Source of the DNA: Ptychomitrium polyphyllum
Taxonomy: Eukaryota
DNA length: 64,000 nucleotides
Reading direction: 5' to 3'
Assembly: GCA_973851085.1 (NCBI GenBank)
Contig: OZ316776.1
Span: 9,362,001 to 9,426,000 of the forward strand
Below the pieces are notes generated by a model. The model saw only the letters and a program-made list of their open reading frames with translations. It searched no databases and was not told the origin of the DNA. Both the position numbers and the translations under genes were made by a program. Shown one piece after another: positions 37,378 to 48,831 of the stretch (positions are counted from its first letter, which is position 1; each line of letters begins with the position of its first letter).

Positions 37378-40300
37378 TTTATTGCTGTAATTTTTGGGTA
37401 GTGCTTAGACACAAACATGTACAAAGCTTATTTGTATATCATCTCATACTCAAACTTAAGTTTTAGTAGAGGTTTGCCAAGTGATTTTTTCTTTAGCTTT
37501 ATCCTCATTGACAGGTAGTCATTAGAATGGACATTAATTGTAGCGAGGGCTGTCATTGTCAGCGATGATTCATTTGGTGAGGTATTGTCTAGTACGATTC
37601 ACTCACTCGCAGGTCATTTCTCCGTCTGTGGTACCTACTGTATATCATAAATATGTTACGATGATCAATTCATACATGCTTTTCGTTTATGAACCTGATA
37701 TGTTGCAGTTTGATGAATGGATCATGAGAAAATCGTTATCAACAAATGTGGAGCTTGTATAGACAAGATCATGTCGCTCTTTATGTTTGAAATTTAGTTT
37801 GCAGTATTGTGCATTCATCAAACAAGCGTGGAGTATGCACTGAGGAGTTGTTTCTCATTGATGACAGCCATTTTGGGCGAAAATTTTGGGCGTTTCATTG
37901 GTGCAAATTCAACATGCCGAGTGTGTACTGTCGTTCACAAAAGATTGACACATTTTACAAGTGAGTTCCACATCCACAATGAAGCGTATTGCAGTGACGA
38001 TTTTTAGATGTATCATAACTTAAATCTGCAAGTTCAAGTAAGTAGCTTTCTGAACCCATTGTTTCTTGTTGATATCGCTGTTCTTAACCTCGAACTCCAT
38101 AACTACCTTATAGTTTTAAAATGGTTTCAATTTTTTCATGTTCAGTTCCGGTCAGTATCCTTTGCTTGAATTGAAATTTTGCGATCGTCCCCTTGGATCA
38201 CTATGCCTATCATGTAACGGATGAGATTCTAAAGCCGATAAATAAGAGGGAGGCTTACTTTGCACGCCCTGCACATGAAGGCTCTTCCGCTCAAATCCTA
38301 GCCAGACTCTTGTCTGAGGTAATCGGCGAATCACTCTTCCTAGCCACGCTAGGCTGGACAGTCACTGCGTAACCATAAGAAGTGACATTTTCAATGGTCA
38401 CGAAAATTCTATATGTGAAAGAGTTCTTTCTGTTGATCATTCCATCACGGTATATTAGCTCACTGGCCTATCCAAATACTTCTCCATAAGTAGCCATCTC
38501 CTTTCGGCCTAGCTGAAAACCATGCTCGAGAAGATGACTTGGAAGATCGAAAAGCGTCACTCAAAACACATCAGTGTGCTCTGCGTGACTAATTCTAGGA
38601 CTACCCTGAGACAGACTAGATGAACAGTGCATCATTCGCCTGGATCAATGTTTTAATGATGTGGTCCACACGGGACTCTACCTTGTAATGCTGCTTCACA
38701 GCTGAACAGTCTGCAGTTGCAGTAACATTCTGGTACATGCACACATGAATTGCAAACTTCAGTGGTGGAACCTGATCGCAGTGGGTGGAACTTTGCTTGA
38801 AAGGATTAGCTAAGTGCTGGTTTGGATTCCCAATTTAAGCTCCGAAGCTCACTGGCAACAACTTCTCATTAGTTTCTGTTGTCTCGTCCTTTGACAACTA
38901 AGATTTTGAGCTCCGTTATTGGAGGGTGGGATTTTATGAGGCTGTTTGGTGGAATTCTGAATATTTTCATTAAGGAAACAAAACTGAAGTTTAAGAATAC
39001 TGAAATGCAAGTGTTTGAAATATAAAAAAGTTTATAAAATATAAACTATCAAGGAGTTGTAGATTTGAAATGTAAAAAAGAGTTGGAAGTTTTGAAATTT
39101 ATAGAAGAATTTTTTTAAGAAATTTAGAGTAGTTAAAAATTGGAATAATAGAACCATGGTAGATAAGAAGGATATAAAGTAATGATGAGCATGAAGAATG
39201 AAGAAGAAAGAACTTTGAGGTAGAAAAATTATTAAACTCTTCTTAAATCTATCTTCCTTTCACTTTTGTTTTTTTTTTCTAGTCTCAATCCATCTCCCTT
39301 TCTTTCCCTTTCCAGTTTATTTTTCTTCTTTTTCTTCCCATCAAACCATCATTCTTGGTTGTTAACTTGGATTGTTTTTCTCCACTTTATTTACCTCCCT
39401 TTTTATCCATAGCTCTCTTCCACTCTTTCCAAATGAAGGAAAAAACAAATGAGATGAAATGAGATATTGTAAAGCATTAAGAGTATGAAAAATGTTCATT
39501 TTAAAGAATTGTAGAATTTATTAAAAGCAACTTCTTATTCTATGATTTAAATTCTATTATATTCATTTACATTCAAGAAGTCAATCATTCTCCTTCAATT
39601 AATATAAGATTTTATTTGAAATTGAATTATTATTGAGTTAAAATTTACTAATGTATATTTAAACTATTGTTGATAACTAAGAATTAAAAATACAATTATT
39701 TTCATTTGTAATTAAACATAATCAATTAGATAGGTTTTTTGAAATTGTCAAAGTCTAATAAAAACTGAAATACTTGTAGTATTATCATGTATCAAAATCT
39801 ATTGTTTATAAAGATGACCGTGACAGTGACAAATGATGACCCGTGTTGGAGGGCCCATATAAAAGGGCCCTCTACCTCAAAGACCCAAACATTTGAATTA
39901 TCCCATGTCCTATATCTCACCCTAGAAGGATAGAGACAACAAACAAGTTTTTAACCCCTCGGCACCTAAGGATTCCTACGTTCTTTATGCTTCCAGAAGG
40001 CCGTCTTCAAGATCGATGAAGTCGTTTGAGCCACTAGGATGGCGCTGAGTTTCAAGGAAGAACTCAAGATCCACATATGGCTTTGTGGCATTGACAATGG
40101 CAAGGCTTTCCTTTCTCTTCCCTGCAAGTTTTTAAGAGCATTTTATTCTCGGATCTGTGACATCATTCATGCAAATATCTTTTCGAGATCAAAGTTAACA
40201 CACATTAGTTTTGGTAATTAGTTCTAGATTGAGGTCTAACAGATGCAAGAGCCAGCAACGTGATGCATGCTGAGAATGGCCAAGTTATGCCAAGTTATGA

Positions 40301-40389
40301 GAGCTTGAAACAGACTGTATTGCCCATGCAGCCTACTCTTTTGACCGATACTCTTTTCGCAATGACATGTGGGGTTCATGGATATGAAC

Positions 40390-43300
40390 TTAGAGCTGAC
40401 GTTTACACAAGCAGTCAAAGAAAATTTGATGAATGTAGTACACACATGGTGTAAGAGTTAGCAAGAAAGTTTGTGAGGAACAGGGCACACACGGCGTTTT
40501 GAGTTTGACTTTCACTCTTTGCCAGCAAGTATTGTTGACGCCTCTGAAGTTCCAAACGTGGTCCATATCACGAGGCTGCACGTTGCCAGCAATGTCAACC
40601 TGTACACATACAAGCACAACAAACTTTGTTCACATGGGTTTTGCCAGTTCTTTTGATCAGCTGAGGGACTCAATGGAAAAGATAGCCTTCATGTCAAGGT
40701 TGAAATAACTATATACACAATTAAGCAGCTGGGAAGAAGACCTGTTTGGTATTAAATTACCGCTTTCACGATAATCTCCGTTGGAGGATTCACATTGGCA
40801 ACAAGCTCCCAAAGCATCCACGTCCATCTCAAAAGCTGTGGATCCTTAAGGCATGCAGCCTTGCCGTCTGCCTCGAAGGGGTCAAAAATCTCGACCTTCG
40901 GTGATACAGTTTCGCAACAAGGACATGGAGGGCGCGGGACTGGAAATGAGCCTTGCCGACATTCAGCGTCGTCCCATGAACGGCCACCATTGACAGATAC
41001 ATCAACACGGTCAATAGCTCGACCGCCACCTGCAATAGCATAACCCCTGATTGTAACCTGCAAGTGACCTATACACTTGCCCATGTGAGGCCTCCACGGG
41101 AATTTCTCTATAAAAAGACAGTTGATACGATGTCTCAGCAGAAACACGATGCTTTTCCACAATTACTCGACAAATGTTAACTATTCAAAAGAAGCAAAAG
41201 AATTCGATTACAGGACTGAGCATTTATCATCATCCACTGTTTCAAGTAAATGCTATCTATTCATTTACATGTGTTTTTTTGTTTCACAATCCATGTTGAA
41301 GAATCTGTAGTGCATAGTACACCTGCAATAGCAAATACAAATCTTCACCCCAGAGCGGAAGAAAGCAGAAGATGGAACTTACCACGGATCCCTTCGGTAT
41401 AGTAATCCCATCATGAGGTATGCAAATGGAACTCTGAGTCCACACCCAACCAACAACGCCAATAATAGTTCATGTTAGCATGTAAACGATGCCAACGCAG
41501 CAGATGGGCACAAGTCTCTTGCATTGAAAGCGAGAAGGGTGTCCAGATCTTCATACTTGAACAGGAAACTCCATCAAAGGACGCCGTGAGTACCAGTCCA
41601 CCGTGGTGACCCATGGAGGATCAAGCGACAAGTGGGGTGGATATTGCTTGAAATGCTTTTGCATGTAGAAGCCCTACATGACAGATAGAAATTGACTTTC
41701 ATATAACATCAACCATCACTTTGCAAACCCATACAAGGTCAGCCCGATCCTAGTTTGATACATTCAGACTGAAATAGTTATGTAGTAAATCAGATTATAC
41801 AATTCTTTGAGGTACCTGGCATTCGTCCTTGGAGATTCTAATCTCCTTCAACCACTTCACAGACCGAGCACCAATAACACCCGGAATGATTACCCGTAGT
41901 GGGTACCCATGATCCCGAGTTATCTCCTGCTTTAATGGTTACAATGACGATACAATAAACACGAATAAATGAATATTTTCCCTAGCGAGCACCTATACTG
42001 AATATACTAAATTTGCAAGCAATATAAGTTAAAACTGTGGATTGACGTTCAAGAATATACATGTTAAAGTTATGCCTCAGGATTATGCAATTATAGGTAA
42101 AACATACAGCTGAATGACACCTCATAGTTCATCTCGTATGCCAAAAGTATATCTGCTCTCGGTGTTGTGGCGTGTATCAAAGGTATAGAAGATTTGTAAG
42201 GCTCAGCAGGTGTCTCCTGTGAAACAAAAGGGGACAGAAATAGATTGAATCTATAAATTGTTATTTGAAAACTTTGCAATTTTTTCCAAAACCAACTCTT
42301 CAACTTCTGTACCTTCATGTAATCGACGCTGATGAACTCCACATAGCGGCCACCCTCATTTGTCTCCAATGTGCGGTAAGGGATACCTTGCATTTTCAGA
42401 AGGTCTGCTAGTCTGACTCCTCCCCATATCGCTGCATCAAAAATGATAAAACTCATAAGTGATGACTAATAAGTTTAGAAAACCAGTAGAACTTACACTA
42501 GCATTCAGTAGTTAAGATTTATGGTTTGCAGATCATTTTGCAGAATTTGCAGAGGTCATATCAATAGCTTCTAATTCAATCAACTAATTCAAGTACTTAC
42601 CGGTTCCAAGAGCTGCATTGCCCCAAGGGACTTCTAGTATCTCCCTCTGCTGATGCATTTCAGTCCTTCGATTTCCTGCACACTGCATTGACATTTGCAT
42701 TAGCCGCTCTGTACATTAGAGAATGACCCAAATAATCCTTGCTAAGGAGTTCCTATTGATTCTAAGTGTGCGAATGATTGAAGAGTGGATAACATCCTCT
42801 GGGTGTAGATGCAAGATGAAAAAGAAGGAGAAAGAATAGAGAGAGGAAACTAAAGGCGAAAGCACACAGATTAGTGATCAGTTAATTTACCATCAATGTT
42901 ACAGGTACCCTTGACTTCGGCATCGCACTGCAAAACCAAAGAAGGAATGCATGTGAGATAGACAAGAAGATTATAATTTTTCTTGGGAAAAAATCCTTAA
43001 GAGAATGATTCACAATTGCCCACACTATCTCAGTTGAAGAATACGGTCTACATTTGCACCTCACGATATCAAATGTTTTAAATGTCTGGTTAAATGAGAC
43101 GCATTTCGTAATCTGCAAAATTGGGACTGAACTCAAATGAAAGGAAATATCCGTTCATAAACCTGAAATAATCCAAGGTTCTATTTCCAAAACCTGCCCA
43201 AACATGACCTGTAATGAAGAAAGCATCACAAGAACACCCACAGTAGAGCGTCTTGGTAGAACGTCGTTGGCTTTGGGAGAAGTCCAGAGATCTCCAATTC

Positions 43301-43890
43301 ATACCTGCATGGAAGAACCAGCGCCTTAAAACCCCAGCTATTACATAAAATCATGTCCAATTCACCTAATATTGTTCTCCACCTAGTGTGCAATTCTCTT
43401 TGCCTCTCTCAGTCTTTCAACAAACTTGCTGAAGAAGAAAACCACGGAAAGAAAATGTAGATCAAGATGACGTACATGAATGGGTCGATAAGCGTTGCAA
43501 TAGGGCCATGGTTGCACGTAAAAAATATCTCATTCGGAGTCAGAAAGGTCTCCAGAAGAAGCGGTGCTGGAGGCTCCCCATGGAATGGCGTCTGCGATGG
43601 CCAGGAAAAAACGAAACAGATTAACTTCGCTGATTGAATTAACAAGAAGAAATTACAAAATTCTGTCCTTCATGATCCGGCAATTAGGGTTTGGAGTGAA
43701 CCAAGCTGTTGATGCGCAAGAGCTTGCTGCGATCTTTGGGATCATTCTTGTAATCTTTAGGCCCGCTCAAGCCTCTATTGATCGCCTCCGGCTTGTTACA
43801 ACACTTTGGGGATTTACATCGCAACAACTCCGGTGGAAATTCGGGCGGGTCCGGTATCTTGTTCGAGCAGTCTCCCTTTTTGGTCATCAT
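40390..43890 (-). CDS. Divergent plant-type (heme-less) sulfite oxidase-family molybdoenzyme
   Basis: 12 in-frame GT-AG exons (minus strand): 43890-43702, 43591-43476, 43304-43242, 42927-42891, 42682-42601, 42431-42313, 42216-42121, 41926-41816, 41673-41557, 41433-41383, 41057-40761, 40599-40390. Motifs: PFHGEPP, NHGPI, CAGNRR (Mo-ligating Cys), WGGVRLADLL, LLAYEMN, DHGYPLRVIIPGVIGARSVKWL, RGYAIAGGGRAIDRVDVS, AVDIAGNVQP, WNFRG. Confidence 0.92.
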
Positions 43891-45499
43891 CTTCGAAGTG
43901 TAGGCAAACCCAGAAGATCATCAAATTATCGACACTGATCATCCAAAGAAAAGAAACCTCAATCCCATGGTTCGGCCATGCAATGTTTACGACTAGGGCT
44001 CAGACAAACTCTCGAGGGGACGCCAGCTGAGGCTCATTGTACGCAAGAATCTCGATGAGCAGCGTGACGCATTGGAGAAACATGAGCGCTTTGTAGACTT
44101 GGTACGTGCTTCTGAGCAAGAAAACTATACCCACCACAGTGATGAAGATTTGCGAGAACGAAAGGAATCCTCCAATTGCGGGTGGCAACAGCATACTCAC
44201 AAACTTCGGCCACACTACATGCTCATCAACACAAGCATGAAAACCCTCGATTGGACCTAAAAAAACATGCTCCGACGATGCATTGTTCTTCAACACATGA
44301 CATTCTTGAACACGGAAACTAATGAGGCCCTCTTCAGCAGGCTGATTGTGATGACAGTGGTAGAACCATACATGATCGGACATGGGCAAAAAAGGAAGCA
44401 AAGAGTTAAACCCTAAAATTGTAGACGAAGATCTACACGTCCATTGTTTGGAAGACTGCATGGTTCTCAAAACCAAAGCTCTTCAGGTCCTTCCTTCAAC
44501 AGATGGAGAACCCCACAACATGCACATCTGAACAATGACAGTCTGAATGTGATCTCCATACCCACGGCCGTTTTCACATGAGAAACCATGTGTCATCATG
44601 AAGTTAGGGTGACTTTCAGGAGAGATGCTTCACTGGTCGAGTCCGCTTTGGTAGGACAACCCCAAGTTGGACGTTGACGATGCTGTGCCCCCGTCATTCA
44701 TCCTTTATCGGCACCCAAGTCCGACATGCACAGCCCACGTCCCGTCTAGTCCCATGCCTGCCCAGCCCAAGTCTTGCTCGAAAACCCTCCCCACTTGCTC
44801 CATTGTGCTTCCTTCTTGCAGGCCAGCGCTCGCCATTCCCGCGGCCCTCACCATTGTCCACGTTCACCGTGACTATCCTACCATTGCCAAGCTACCTGCG
44901 CTTGCCTGCGCTTGCCTGGTTGCTTGGTGCTGCTCATGCCTGGTTGTTGCTGTTGTTGCTCATGGCTACTCATGCCCTGTTGCTGCGAATAAGTTGATGC
45001 TGCCCAACCTTGGTAGCTCCTCTTCATGAAGATGGCCAAGTAAGTGGTTGCTCGAGGCAGGCTTTCCTGCGGGAGGCTTTCCTTCTGTGTGTTGCCCATT
45101 CTACAAGGTTGCACACAAACAAACGCTTCGCTTTCCATGGCTCTCCCGCAACATTGCTCTCCTCACGTTCATTCACTTCCTTCCCACTAAGTGCATTGTA
45201 TTGTTTAGGACTGATTCCTATAAAACATTCCCACTGTACATTGTTACAATTCTCCTCGGTTTCCTCGGTTTCCTTGGCTTTTGCTGTAGTTTATACAGGA
45301 AGATTGAAGTTCTAATATCTGGGTGATGTTTCTTATGTTGAAACTGTAGGTTTGGTCCTACGTTTTGAGTTTTGGTGTTCACTTAAAAAATTTATGCCTT
45401 CTTTGAATTCATGGGCTTTCTATTGTGTAATGGAGCTCATTGTGTAATGGAGACTCTTTTACTGATTCCATAAACATCTTGTTGTATTAACAATCATTG

Positions 45500-48000
45500 A
45501 ATTTAAGTTTGGATATATGACATACATTGGTGTTCCCCACTGCGTAATACACCTGTGTAATACTTTAAGATTCACCATATATATGCCTTTCAATAATTTA
45601 CCATTCAATATATTTGATTTATCATAAAAACTGAGAATATTTGCATAAAATATTTGCCTGAGAACATTTGCATAAAATATTTGCCTGAGAACATTTGCAT
45701 GAGAACACTTGCATACATGAAAAGAAGCATTGAAGTGTTAAATCTTCCTTGTAAACTATTGCATGTATTTATCTTCTTTCCATGGAAAAAACTAAAAGTT
45801 TTTTTTTTAAAATTACTACTATAGTTAAAGTAGGTTTGTATAATATATGATATTGGATTATATTCATTGTTTGTTGTGCATGTCAAGCAATGGACCTCAA
45901 TAAAGTTAAAATGGTTGTATTAAGCTTGATGATTCATAACATTCATTTATTTGGAATTTGGTATTTAAAATTTTCTCCTTTATACACATGTAGCAACTAA
46001 CAATTGTATTAATTAAACTCCAAATCCACCAATTGATTCTTTTCTTTAATATAATTCTTGTAAATTCACACAAGCACTTCTTCAAAGTATTGTAGTAAGG
46101 CATGACGTTATTGCTTGTATTAAATTGGCACAAGGTAGATTTTGAAAGTCCATTAGCTATAAGTTTGCTGTAAATGTCAATATAGCAAAAGAAGTATAGA
46201 ACGGTCAATGAATATTAATAATTTTATAAATCAGCATATTATATTATTACAAACATAAGTATTTGTAGTCATCACTTTAAAACTTAGCATAGTATTTTTT
46301 TAAATATTTCTCAATAAATAGTACATTGTATTCTACAACTATCTTATTCATAGATTTAGCAGCATGTATAATAAGGTCTTTAGTGGTTTTTGCATGGTTG
46401 ATTCTAAAATATAGAATTTGCTGCATTTCCAAAAAAAATTCATTAAAAAAACTTATTTCCATCTACTTCCTTCTTAAACTTCTTCTAAAAATTCTTCAAA
46501 ACATAGAAAGCATAAAAATATATCTTTATATAAATCACATTCCCCTAACATTAATAAATAGAGGAGGTTAAATTCAGCCTCAACATAAATCAATATCAAA
46601 TTGAAAATTCTCTTAAATATAAAGAACATAAACAAAAAAGAGTATAATTTTAATTTGTTTACTTCCTTTTCTTTTATTACTTTGTCTACAACAAAGCAAG
46701 ATGAAATCCAATTTGAATCTTCATTGTTGATAAAATTTTCAATGCTCATAATTAACTATAAATTCCATCTCTTTTTTGGCATATTATGATGACTTGTATT
46801 ATTAGAACCTTCTTTGCAATTCATCAAATACAACCAAAATTCTCTTCTGCTTTTCAAATACTTGCCTAGCTAATAGTCCATCAATTAAAAGCTTAATATT
46901 CTAAGGTTTAAATTCTTTTAATATGTAAGGAGTCTACTTCATTTCTTTTTCCTATAGAATTAAAATCCATTGATATATGTGTGGTCTAATCATTCTTTCA
47001 AATGTGCTCATTATGATAGCGTATAGCCTTTTTAATTAATGAAGACAACTTTAATTTTTTAGTTGTCAATTAAATCAAAAAAATTCTTTATTATGAATTT
47101 TTTTATTAATATGATCACTTTAGTTATTCTTTGAACCATAAGAATAATAACATCCATTCAAATAACATATAAAATAGGTATGGTTTTTAATAATAACATT
47201 TGCTTATATAGACAATTATTTTAGAAGTTGCAATAATTGACAAATGAGAGAATATGAGATTGATTATTTCTTTAGCATACTAAGCCACAATACATTCAAA
47301 ACAAAAAATGTAAAATTTAAACCAAAAATAACATTTTCATTATTACTTAATATTTTTTATAAATATTGCATTGGTAAATTTATAAGATAACATTCCTATG
47401 CTAATTAATAGATGATTTCAAATAAATTTTCAACTATTCAAGAATGAAAACTTTGCTTAAAGTACAAGTGATGGTTTAGACATGGAATGTGCTATGATAT
47501 GAGTAATGAGCAATCTAATGTGAATAATGAGCCCAAAATTTTAGGATAATAACAAATTAAAGTATGCCACCCATTCCTTCATGCATAGCTCCAATTTTAG
47601 CTTTTTCAAGTGATGCAAGTGTTTAAATTTTGCAATGTTGTGCAAGCTGGGGAATTTGATGTTGTGGTGCTCTAAAATTCTTTCTTTTGCCTTCTACCTT
47701 TTGTTGTTTCTTTTTTTGGAATTAAATATAAGGCTTAAATACTCTTGCAAGCATGGGCTCCAATTATAATTGTCTTTGCCAACAACTTTGTCTACAATGA
47801 AAATGTGTCCATAGTTTTAGGTATTTTTCATTTGCCATCCTCATTTTTTCTTTTCATGATATATTTTCTCACTAATTTGTCCATATTCTCCAATTTTTAC
47901 AAGCATAATGTGGTAAACGTGATTGTTCTTACCATATTGCCATTAAAGACTTGCATCTCAATGCTCAGTGTTCACTGCTCACTGCTCACCGCTCGCATCA
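45500..48000. other. Very AT-rich block with fragmented protein-like minus-strand frames; possible decayed transposon-derived DNA
   Basis: Sharp compositional shift relative to flanking genes and stop-riddled short ORFs. No recognisable transposase, RT, TIR or LTR was found. Confidence 0.3.
45631..45713. repeat. 27-bp tandem repeat (CTGAGAACATTTGCATAAAATATTTGC) x~2.5 plus partial copy
   Basis: Units start at 45631, 45658 and 45685; they produce the MQMFSGKYF repeat in the minus-strand ORF track. Confidence 0.88.
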
Positions 48001-48831
48001 TAGCTACATGCTTTAGACACTGTCACCTTCACATATTAAAGCAAGTGAAAAAAACAACAGCCCTACATCTTAGCAAAACCTTAACACTAAATCAAAGTCT
48101 CATGTGGTGTCTCAGCATCAGATCCATGTAATGCCTCAGCATTGAATCAAAATCTGGCATCCAAGGATCCATATTCCTTTTGAGTGGAAGTGGAATTCAA
48201 ATTTCTTTAAGATGCTCTTCCATTCAAAAGGAGAATCAGAGAACGTGCATGGCGGCACGCTTTTCACTAACTCTGAACCCCTTCAGACCGCGGGCAGCGC
48301 TAAAATTTCTGATTGTACCGATTTGAAACGCGGCAGAACCGAGAGGTCCCCAGGTCCAGGACGAAGAACGGAGAGTTGCGGACGGAATGCGGAGCGGCAC
48401 CTGGGTGGACGAAGGATGGACCGGCACGTGGGGTGGATTGAGAACGGAGCGGCATCTGGGATGAGGATGTGGACCGGGGCTTGCAGGCATGCAGGGAGTG
48501 TGGGGAGCCGCAGCGCGGGTGTCCTGTTGGTCGCGGGACAAGAGTTCACGGGAAGTCACGCAGGACGGAGACGGGGGTCTTGGGGCGAAGGCGACCACTG
48601 GCGACGAGGACGCCGACGCCAGAGGCAGAGGCAGAGGCAGAAATCCACGCTGCGCAGAGGCAGCGATTAATACTGTGCACGAGCTGCTGTCTCGAGTGCG
48701 AGGGCGCGGTGGTAGGCACCACTTGGTCTTACACCCCACGCTGGGAGTCTTGTGCCGGCGTCGTTTGTCGTGTTTGCTAGGATCACGCACTGCTGCTGTG
48801 CGGCTTTCGTTGCGGAGGGACTTGCTCTGAG

